A stretch of 53,515 nt of DNA, counting the filler, from Jimgerdemannia flammicorona (Eukaryota): NCBI GenBank assembly GCA_003990765.1. It is 2 parts of 2 records of this genome, joined end to end, with 100 filler letters (N's around TTAATTAATTAA, not from the genome) between each part and the next. Parts side by side here need not be neighbours in the genome. Positions count along the whole stretch, not along the records: positions 1 to 26,708 come from RBNJ01000702.1; positions 26,809 to 53,515 come from RBNJ01000703.1. The stretch is one strand, 5' to 3'. Both the position numbers and the translations under genes were made by a program. The notes under the pieces were generated by a model, which was not told the DNA's origin, did no database searches, and worked only from the letters and a program-made list of their open reading frames with translations. Shown here piece by piece: positions 22,616 to 32,700 of this stretch (position 1 is the first letter of the stretch; each line of letters opens with the position of its first letter).

Positions 22616-24125
22616 TGTAAGAGGGTTGCTTTTTTAGAGTAACCATTACATAGTTCTGGAAGGATTTTCTGGAAGTTCTGGATATTCTGGAAGACTATTT
22701 TCTTAAGGTCAAGATCAATTTCATATGGAGTACATCCTCTATACTTATTGATTTCAAGATTGAATTGACATCTCAACCAAAGTCCTTTTTCTGGACTAGT
22801 TCTGAATGTTCAGAATTTTCCATATTTCAGGAAGTTTAAGAAACTAAGACCAGCTTAGTTGAATCAGCATATCACTGTAGACAATACCCAATTAGGAAAT
22901 TTCGTGATGGGGTTAGGAGTGGGACCTAATAGGGAGCAGATTTACTTAAGAGTGATTTATAGGTTATTAAATAGGTTTATTTGCTATTCATGATATTACT
23001 ATACTAGGAGTAGTTGTGTAAAGAGATATTGTGGGGAAGTGCTCAGGAGTTGTATTTGGATTGTTTAAGTGTTTAAGTCTGTTTTAAGTCTGAGATTCTG
23101 AGGTCTAGGGAAGGGAGTATTTATACTAGTGAGGAGCTATCTGGACTATACTGAATATGGGTGTAGTACTTAGTGCCTTACTGAGTCAGAATACAGTCAC
23201 ATAGTATAAGTGTGATCTGACATATCAAAGGATTATCTGACTGCTGAGTTAGTTCACAGTTACATCATATAAGGCTAATCTAACTATACTATAACTGCTA
23301 AGCTATCTATAGATTTAGACACTGTCTGGATAGTCTTTGATGACATCACCATTGATGACATCATTTTTGGCAAAGTCTGAGCAGTTTTCTGACTTCTGAC
23401 ATCATCAGTTTCAAAGATATCATCACTTCTATCTCTTGCAAGATTGAGGCTATCTTTGGTGGCAGTGGTTGCATAAGGATAACAGGTCTTGATTCTCTTT
23501 TTTGTTGGACTTCTGGTACATTTGCGAGGACTGGTCATTCTTGTCTAGGGTGAGGGCTCTCAATGTCATGGCTGGGGTTTCAAACCTCTCAGAAATGATA
23601 TTTTCTGTAATCTGAGACAATTTCTAGTAGTAATATCTATCATATAGATGGCTTGAGATTGGTTTCAACAATGTTGGCTTTCTCGAGTTCAGATGAAGCA
23701 TCCATCACTTTCCAACAGAGGTGATACAGATAGAGCAAACAGAGTTATTCAAATGTATTTTACTTCTACTAAGTAATGAGGTCTTTGTATAGTTGTGATG
23801 TATCTTGGTCTTGAGTTAATAAGTATAGGTTATGAACCTTTGATCGATGAGATAGAGTTCTTCTTATCTCAGTTTGAGTTTGGTACTTTCAGTTTCCTTT
23901 TATCATAGTACAGTATATCAAACTAGTTATAGAGATTCAGAGTCAGTCCTGTGGTTGTAGTACTTTTTCTGATATTCTTGTGTCTTGGTGGTAGATTCTT
24001 GTACTTGCTGGCATATTTTATATAACCAGATGATCTCTTCAGTAACTTGTAGTCTTGCATGTGGTTTCCAAATTGGTTCTGAGGATGATATGTGATTTTG
24101 ATGGCTTGGAGGTTGTACACTTATA
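22616..24125 (-). repeat. 5' LTR of outer family-A element (1510 bp) with decayed coding-like U3 cassette
   Basis: Direct repeat of 1331-2844. Adjacent PBS decayed to TAGTAGTAGTAG (22601-22612). Followed by the TSD CTGGG. Confidence 0.92.
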
Positions 24126-24130
24126 CTGGG

Positions 24131-24788
24131 CCTTGTGCTTGATTTTACTTATAAATTTATAAGAATAGTGGTCTTCTTCTCTATAGGTATAGCAGATACC
24201 TCTCTTCTTATCTGAGATAGCAGCAAACTTCTGAACTGGGCAGCAGTCTCTTCCTTTAATTTTCTTTACCATGTCTCCTAGATGAGTAGTTATTTCAGCA
24301 AACTTCTTAACAAGTTCCTCCATAGGGTTGCTGTTTCTTTATTACTCTATAGCTCTTGGCTGAGGTGTGTTTTGATTGATCACTATAGTAAGAATTACAC
24401 TAGTTATCTTAGGTGCTTTAGTTCTGACTCCAGTGACTTTTTCTATTATTTGATCTTATAGATGTCTAGCTATCCAGTATTGCTGAACATAGGTGATCTT
24501 TTGTGCTAGATCCAGAACTACTGGTGATGAGTGAATAGCCATAGCTATCTCTGGATAAACTTCTTTTATAAAGGTTGCTTTAGTTACTTGATCTCAGATA
24601 ATATCAGCATAATTGGTAAAGATTATCTAATATCAGATTCTAGTGTAGAATGTGTTTAGATCCTTACTTATTTCTTAATATATTATATTGAGTAAATCCT
24701 TCAGAGCTTGCTTGATCTTGTCTGTGTAGTAGATAGATCAGAGTCATGCCTTCTGTACTGCTAGCATGATATCATCTTTATTTCCCAC
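24131..24788 (-). mobile_element. Degenerate Ty3/Gypsy family B, gag region (right part)
   Basis: MEELVKKFAEITTHLGDMVKK...GICYTYREEDHYSYK is a decayed CX2CX4HX4C knuckle. It continues into 1325 across the TSD. Confidence 0.75.
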
Positions 24789-26708
24789 TAGTGCTCCAAA
24801 CAAGTCAATTCGAATCAAATCTGGATTCAATTCATCACATGACAGTTTGATCCGAATCTCAAATCTGAAACCATCCAAATCAACTCAGATTAATCTGAAT
24901 TGCCCCATCCGAATTGCCCCATCTAAATCACCCATCTAAACCACCCCAATCCAAATCACTCAATCTAAATCACTCAATCTGAATCACTCAATCCGAATTA
25001 CTCAATCTGAATCGCTCAATCCGAATCCTCTAATTCAAATCCTCCAATTCGAATCCTCTAATTTGAATCCTCCAATTCGAATCCTTCAATCCAAATCCTT
25101 ATCCAAATCCTTCAACTGAATCCTTCAATCCAAATCCTCTACATGACTCATATGCTGGATGCATTCACAACATAATACACACACATATGCATACACATAT
25201 ATATACAAACATGCAAACACACATGTCAACAGATCAGTCTTCAATAGTTCACAGTACCAATGATGCTTCAAGTCAAACATCCCTGATAGCTTCACATCTT
25301 CTATACAATCCTTGCTCCAAAATCTGGCAACATTATGCTAAGATAGGAGATAATGTTGTTTGTAATTATTGCAGGTAAAAAATTAAGATGCACCTATTGA
25401 TACTTTTTGTTTGTTTTGATATACACATGATATTGTTTCATCCACCCCCATAAACTGCACCAGCCAGAAGTTCAAAATGCTTGGGGGTATGACTTCGAAC
25501 ATGAATTGATACATAAAAGACAAGCACTCTGACAAAATCAAAAAGAATACAAAGATAAATAAAATTGACATCCAAGCTGTAGTGGGTACATTTATCCGAT
25601 TGCCTGACCATTTCTGTACCAACAATGCTGTTTAATCAAAAATATTTAGCCATACTCTTTGGCAGAATTTCGAAATTGACTCATTTGCTGGATTGTGTGC
25701 ACAGACCAGCCATTCACAACCATTGAGAGTGATCAATTGCATAGCATCTTTGGCCTCCTCAAGCATGATTTATATTTGTCAAGTACCAATACTATTTATA
25801 AAGATGTCCTGGAGGTCTATAGGAAGGAGTATGACAATCTCCACCAGATACTTCAGGTAAAATAAGGGTAGTACTGTGACCTTTGCAAGCTGAATTATAT
25901 AAAGAGCTTACCAATTTAACCTTACATTCCATAAGCAGAATTCGGCAGGCAAAATTTCATTTACAATTGACACATGGACATCCCCCAATGCAATTTCATT
26001 TCTGGGCATTACCAGTCATTAGATTGACCTCGATTGGTAGCTTAAATCTCTCACCCTTGACTTCATCAAACTTGCTGGCCCTCATTCTGGAGATAATATC
26101 GCAGATACTTTTATTAGTTGTATCCAGGAGCTTGAGATCACTACTAAGGTAAAAAAGGGGGGCTTGCCATCAGGTTGGTGTTTTGAGGGAGGTTCTAAAC
26201 CAAATTAGATTTTAATGGTTATTTATTTTTACATAAATTTGCTAACTGAATATTTCAAGTACAGATTTTGGCCATTACAATGGACAATGCTACAAACAAC
26301 TCAACATTTTTCAAAGTTTTAGTGGCCAGCCTCAAACAGGAAAATGTGGCTTTTGGTGCAAAAAGCTGCCATGTGTGATACCAGGTCCACATACTAAACC
26401 TTGCTATTCAGGACTATCTTATACACATAGACAAAACATCTGAGAGAGGAGGAGCCTTGAGTATAATTTCCAAGCTACACAACCTGGTTGTATTGATCTG
26501 ATCATCTACACAATGATGAAACAAATTTGCTGCACAGTATAGGGCAATCAGTTTAGCCCCAAAAGAGCTTATATTGGACATCTGTATGCATTGGAACTCA
26601 ACATTTGTAATGATCTAGTGTGCACTGGAGTTTGCTGTGGTATGCATCCTTTTTTTCTTCAGTTGGCTGAAGAAACTTATTTCAGATGATTGAAGATTTA
26701 TTTAAAAA
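24789..26708 (+). mobile_element. hAT-superfamily DNA transposon (5' end and intron-containing transposase pseudogene), truncated by the contig end
   Basis: Begins TAGTGCTCC (hAT-type YARNG terminus) with a subterminal repeat array. BED finger SKIWQHY...VCNYC. Transposase motifs ISFTIDTWTSPN, GPHSGDNIA, AITMDNATNN, HILNLAIQ and HWNSTFVM, separated by GT-AG introns. Confidence 0.9.
24870..25140 (+). repeat. Tandem array of ~13-14 bp units (CCGAATC(A/C)(C/T)(T/C)CAAT), hAT subterminal repeats
   Basis: Roughly 15-20 head-to-tail imperfect units without spacers, lying between the hAT terminus and the transposase start. Confidence 0.85.
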
Positions 26709-26808
26709 NNNNNNNNNNNNNNNNNNNNNNNNNNNNNNNNNNNNNNNNNNNNTTAATTAATTAANNNNNNNNNNNNNNNNNNNNNNNNNNNNNNNNNNNN
26801 NNNNNNNN
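26709..26808. other. Artificial contig linker/gap (N44-TTAATTAATTAA-N44)
   Basis: Exactly 100 nt, symmetric, with a central 12-mer that has stops in all six frames. Confidence 0.97.
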
Positions 26809-27560
26809 TTTTTTAATATACTCAAAGTCCTGCAGATTTTTATTGGAAGGGAACCTAGACTATATAGGCCAAAACCCTCCCCCACCACCCATTAAGCACT
26901 GCCTCCCTATTAACCTAGACTAACTATTGTCCAGCAGCTTAACTATTCCAGGTGCAGCAGGACCTATGTTGGCCCAAACCTCATTCTGCACACTATGCTC
27001 TCCCTACCACTAGGGGGAACTCAGCCATACACTAATGACTGAAAGCATACACCCAAAATCCCAATATATACAAGACCATATCTGAGCCAAATAGAATAGC
27101 CTCTGCCACCTCAAAGAGAATGACAGGCAAAGAAAAAACTCTCATCAAAGTACAATACAGTGGATAGGACCTGGTTCTCCCAGATGAGGTAAGTAGAGGA
27201 TTTACATATGCCTAAAATGAGTAGCCTTGGACCCTCCAACCCCACCCAATGACTGGGGCTCAACCTGCCAAATCACTAAAAGAAGCTGAGAGTGATACCT
27301 ATTACCTAACTATACTGCACCAATCAAAAGGCCCCACCAAAGCAGCCACCCCCAGTCTAGCACTCTACTGGTTCACCATTATCACCCTTCCTCCTATCTG
27401 TGATGGCCATCTCCTCTCCCATCTCAATAATATTCAAAAAACAGTCATCTATATCAGAACTGCACTCACCGGGAAGCTTGCTAAAGCCAGAGGGCCCCAC
27501 CATAGATACTGAAGACCTGTAGGTAACCTATACTGAGCACTTGATGCCCAAGGTCAGCCA
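26809..27560 (-). mobile_element. Probable 3' end of a different, degenerate non-LTR element
   Basis: The contig starts in a T-run with a minus-strand AATAAA about 25 nt upstream. The + strand is C-rich like the other minus-strand LINEs, and CpG-free. No domain confirmed; right boundary approximate. Confidence 0.35.
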
Positions 27561-28001
27561 ACTCCCTATGTAATTCATAATGCACTGAGATGACATCTTG
27601 TTAGTGATGGTAAAAGAAAGAAGGCACTGCACCAAAATAGATATACTCCAGACACAGCTGAAGACACCAGAAACCATGAAAAAGTGGAGAAGACACCAAT
27701 TAGATACTGATAAAGGGGCAACTTGTCACCATTGCCTCCCTCCCACTGCCCTGCAACAGGTACAGCAAACCAACCCAAGGTAGAGGGGGTAATAATTGTG
27801 GAAAGTGGACTCAGAAGATTGCCTACCAAATCAATGTGACCAGTAAGGTAGCAGAGAAAGAGGCGAAAAGAAGAGTACTTAGTAGAGTAGCTCTAAAACT
27901 GAAGAAGATAATAGAACAAGAGCAGATGCAGAAGTTGTCTACTTATATTAAAATGATAACTAAAGGATAATCTGAGATAGACTATCTTTTAGTAGAGCTG
28001 A

Positions 28002-28833
28002 TATGATAAGCTAGCAGAGAAATATACTAAGTTACCATCCAAATTAGTTATTATAATTTAGCTATATACTATATCAGATATACCAGCTAACCAGTACTGT
28101 CTTACTGTGCCAACTTGTATAAATAACCCAGATAGTCAAATAAGAATATAACATATTTCTAGTTAGTATACTATATCAGAATTTGAGATCTATATTCTTA
28201 ATAGAAACAACTAAACATTACCAGAAAGAGCAATCTATAGTTAGCTATATAGTAATCAGATAGCAACTACAACTATATAAAATATCTCAGAGATTCAAGT
28301 AAATAAATCTCAGTCTGAAAAGTTCAAAAGCAAAAGGCAAGTCTGTCTAATATACTTTGAGAGATATGTCTGCCAAAAGCTACTTAATTCAGAAAGGATT
28401 GCAATACTTAGGAGAAATGCCTGCTCTACAGCTACTACTTAGGAGATTGTGAGCTTCCTTTTCAACTTCAGTCCACTTTCTGATATAAAGAAGAGAAGTC
28501 TGCCTTATTCAAGAAGTCTGCCAATTCAGGAAGAATCTACATCATCTGAGTTATCTGCCATTTTTGAGAAATCTGCTTTATTTAAGAAGTATGCCAAATC
28601 TGCCATATTATGCAGAATCTGCACTATCTAAGGAATCCATATTATACCAATTTCCCACCTAATTAGAAAATCACTGAAATCATCTGTGTTATGTGAAACA
28701 GAACTTGCATCTATTTTTGAGAGAGAAACCTTTGAACATATTGTTGCTTTTTGACAATGTAATTGGGGGCTCAAGCCAATCTACATAGCAGCCCCAACCT
28801 TGTAATTTGCCTCCATTGAACCGGCACGTTACA
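28002..28833 (+). repeat. LTR related to Gypsy family C (probably a 3' LTR)
   Basis: Starts TATGATAAGC (TGTGATAAGC in the homologue) and ends CACGTTACA. Colinear with the reverse complement of 50375-51714. Confidence 0.8.
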
Positions 28834-29706
28834 ATAGCCATCATTTTGTCCAGTCAACACAGTCAAACACCGTTAAAGTAATTCAGCCGGATGTTATTTT
28901 CCAAATGGCTATCACACTCCGTCCACTCATCTGCCGAGGGTTTCAAGAACGCGCCTGGACTTGTGCCGTTTCTGATGGAGGCGAACATCCATGAAATCGG
29001 GACATGACTAGACGCCACAGGGCTTGTCGACTACCGCCGGTATACCCTACTTCGGGAAGTCAACTGCGGCCGAGTGCAATGTGCGAAACGTGAACCCAAT
29101 TCAGCAGCTGAGTCCGACGTCATCGGGTTTGGGGTGCAAATGTTATTAAAAATCGGAGCATACAAACAGATGCAAATAATTACCGCTTCACGGAGCGTCA
29201 ACATATACCCCATTAGAACGGTAATCCGCCAGTGTTGGAATTCTCTATCTGTATAACTGCGAAGTTATCATTGAAGACATCGGACGGGGAGGCTGCCATT
29301 GATGAACATACAGGATGAGCAGTAAATTAAGAGATCTCAAGCCAAAATCGGAAATACAGACAGAGGACTGGTTCGATAGGAGCTTTGTGGGAGGTCATTG
29401 AACACTCGGTGCTCATCCCAACTCACCATTGTTAAGATGCCTATCCCGGCGGAGAGGAATTAGATGTTTCATTTATTTCTACTACAGCTATACTGCCTCT
29501 TCTGGTGTTGTCGAGTGCTTTTTGTAATATGGCTTTGGAGCCTTACAATGCAGACGAAACCGGCTCATCCGAAAATGTTGGTCTTCAAATTTAGATAGAT
29601 TACGTCAAATTATCACACTCTTTCTGTTCATTTAAAGGAAATGTATAGTTTCGTCTTTTAATCTTGGAGAGGCACAGATAAGTCGGTACAATTTATATGA
29701 AACCCT

Positions 29707-32700
29707 TTAAGACCTCCATAAGGGTCGGCCAGGCTCCCTTTTGAAAGATCCCCTTCTAGCTAGTCCCGGGTGACTGGTCGGGGGTATACTGAGCAGAGGG
29801 TCTTTAGCTATCTTCAAACTTTCGTCCCTGTCAGAGCGGAGATTTCAAGTTTAGCAGGACAACAAGACAGCCAATGAAGAAAAAATTTTCTATATAAAAA
29901 CATCAAAGTAAACTTGCCTGATTTTATTTGTCGTTAAAGTAATCGAAGTAGCTATTGGATATTGTGTGGAAGGACCTGATTGATTTTCTTCTTCGATGCA
30001 ATCGGACTCGGATATGCCTTCTTGCTGTTCTTTGATCTGTGTTTCTACAACTTCACGATTATTGATGTCTGTAACATGTCAGGTTGAGCAGAAGGCGAAA
30101 GACTTGAAGATGTCAGTTAAAACCGAGAGAATACATAAATATAATGAGTTTTATTCCATCACACATATAAAACTGATAATTACACCCGGTTACAACATAC
30201 CATTAGCATTAAAATTTTCTATGTTTCGTTTCAGACCCACACGGAGGATGTCTACGATATCATTATCGATGTTATCTTCTAAAAATGAAGAGAGAGTTAG
30301 GTGAGAAAGATCTGGACTATGACATAAAACCCATCAAGTTACTACAAAAACCAAATTCCACGGTTGTAATATACCAGTAATAACAAGCTCTTTCAGGGTC
30401 ATATTTAGCATCAGAGTTTTGCTCAATGCAAGTGCTCCCTTATTACTAATGTTGGTGTCTAATGATGAATAAGAGATGGATAAGCAAACATACTTAGGTT
30501 ATGGGCTACAACCCTCACATATTGCATATCAGTTTTAATATACTTTTGAGATTCAGCGTAATCAGGGTCGTGTTTGAGTTCAGAGATTTGGCCAGAGAGA
30601 CTACACCTCGATCACCGATATTGTTGTCTTAAGATGATTAGGAGATGAATGAGTCAAAAACACGATGTTAGCTAGATTTCATCAGCGAGCCAAACAACAT
30701 TTCTCACAGTTCCAACATACAATTGAGATTCAGCCTAAACAAGGTCTTATTTTGCTTTAGAGATTCGGCCAAGGCACATGCTCCCTCGGCTTCAATGTTA
30801 TTGGCTAAAGATGAACAGGGAAGAGATAATCGAGAAAAGCAGGTTGTGAGACAGAACCTACGAACAGCTGCAAGTTACATTCATACAGTTCAAACTTACA
30901 TTCAAGAATAAGCATGGTCAGGGACACATTTTTCTTCAAAGACTCGGCCATTTCACGTACCCCCTTAAAGCCGATGTTGTTGGCTGAAGATAAACAAAAG
31001 GCGGATGATATTCATTTCATGAGCTAAAACTCGTCACACAATTACATGTAAAAATTCACCCGGTTCTAACATACAATTGAGTTTCAGTATGGTCAGGGTC
31101 GTGCTTGACTTCAGAGATTTGGCCAGAGCCCCTACACCCTGATCACCGATATTATTGCCTAAAGAGGAATAGGTTATAAATGAGCCAAAAACATAATGTT
31201 AGCTGAATCTCATCAGGGAGCTAAAAACAACAGTTCTTATAGTTTTAACTTACAACTGAGATTTAGAATAGACAAGGTCGTGTTTTGCTTCAGACATTCG
31301 GCCAGTACACGTGCTCCCTCGGCACCAATGTTATTGGCTGAAGATGAATAGAAAAGAGATAACTGAGATAAGCAGATTGTGAAATGAAGTATATAAAACA
31401 GCTGCGAAAACAATTTATAAAATTCAAACTTACATTCAAGAATAAGTATGGTCAGGGTCATATTCTCCTTCAGAGACTCAGCCACTTCACTTGCTCCTTT
31501 AACACCAATGTTGTTGCCTGAAGATAAATAGGAGACAGTTGAATAAAATGCAAAAATTGTTTACAGGATTTCATCACGTAATTTCAACATACCAGTGAGT
31601 CCCAATGTCGTTAGGGTCCTGTTACGCTTCAGCGATACAGCCAGTGCGCTTGCTCCCTTGGCACCGATCTTGCTGGCTGAAAAAGAACAGGGAATTGTAA
31701 ATAAAATACAAGATGTGGTAACCTAGAGCTCAACATGCAGTTGATACGGCTTTAATGTACAATTGAGATTTAGTGTGATAAAACCCGTATTCAGTTTCAG
31801 GAATTCGGCAAGTATGCATGCTCCATATACATCAACATCTTGGGCTGAGGATAAACAGGAGATAGTGGATCAAACAGCTACAGTTTGCAGACAGGAATAC
31901 ATCACACAGCAGCAACAATAGTGCACATACCTTTGTATTTCTGCGTGGTCTGGATCGTGCTGTTCTTGAGGGATTTGATCAATGCACATGTTTTTTCGTT
32001 ACGACCTCTTTTATCTAAACATAAAGTGAGGCTGACAATTAGTTATATTTTTGAATAAACTATATTACAAAACAACTGAATAAAGGTTCCAATTGATAAA
32101 CCTTTGAATCTCATTTTAAAATATAACTTTAACTTTACCAAATAAATCAAAAGGAAAGCCCATAACTCGTCCTTATGATGCTAACAGCACGTACCTGCAT
32201 ATTCATCGAGCCACAAATCAAAATTTGGCGTTTGGGGGGTGTTGGCGGCCGAGCTTTCTGGCCTTTCGGGAATGTTGGCAGTTAACGCTTTCTGTTGTGG
32301 GGAGGTTGTTTGGGTGGTGCTGGCGATCAACGGTTCCGTCTGCGGAGAGGGCGTTTGGGGTGTGTTTACATTCACCGCTTCCGGCTGTGGGGGGGGCGTT
32401 TGGGGGTTGTTGTCGGTTGACTCTTCCGGTTGCGGGGGGGTGCTGGCGATCGTCCCTTCCGTCTGCTGAAAGGACATTTGGACTTTTGGGATATGTTGGC
32501 GTTCCAGCGAGGAGAGTTGCTGACGAGGTCGTAGCGGAAATAAGGGCTCTTCGCTATGGGAAGACAAGAGGCAATGCTGGGTTGATGAACAAGCAAAACA
32601 GAGTCAAAGAGACAGACTGCGTCAGTGCCATATGCCCGCTGTATATTAGGGATCGCTCCTGAAAATAAAATAAAAAATGTGTGTTTGCAAAGGATGATAT

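Larger units (their letters stand above)
1331..24125 (-). mobile_element. Ty3/Gypsy family A, outer copy; internally deleted, non-autonomous (gag-dUTPase-PR-partial chromodomain; RT/RH/IN absent)
   Basis: Paired LTRs 1331-2844 and 22616-24125 with TGTAAG...CTTACA termini (right end decayed to CTTATA). 5-bp TSD CTGGG at 1326-1330 and 24126-24130. PPT next to 2845. Internal regions 2845-3570 and 19950-22615 are colinear with the inner copy. Confidence 0.93.

Noticed and set aside
23375..23480. Restoring CpGs in one minus-strand frame of the outer LTR gives a striking Arg-rich run (like RNRRRR...RRKRRxLRNRRRRRS) resembling a Rev/Rex RNA-binding motif, in frame with DYPDSV*
   Set aside because: It requires five TGA codons within seven to all derive from CGA. 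The neighbouring frame is stop-free in both LTRs and reads SDDxFETDD, and GAC-GAC runs produce CGA-CGA off-frame. More likely an off-frame artefact until a multi-copy consensus says otherwise.
24870..25140. Regular short repeats resembling a CRISPR array or telomeric repeat
   Set aside because: No unique spacers and no cas genes in a eukaryotic context. Position and content fit hAT subterminal repeats.
26753..26764. Palindromic TTAATTAATTAA as a PacI or piggyBac-type TTAA site
   Set aside because: It is embedded symmetrically in Ns and is a synthetic linker.
28834..28839. ATAGCC follows both the LTR end at 28833 and the LTR end at 51714, suggesting a TSD
   Set aside because: The two LTRs are on opposite strands, so in element orientation the flanks are reverse complements rather than direct repeats. 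The LTRs also differ greatly in length and sequence.
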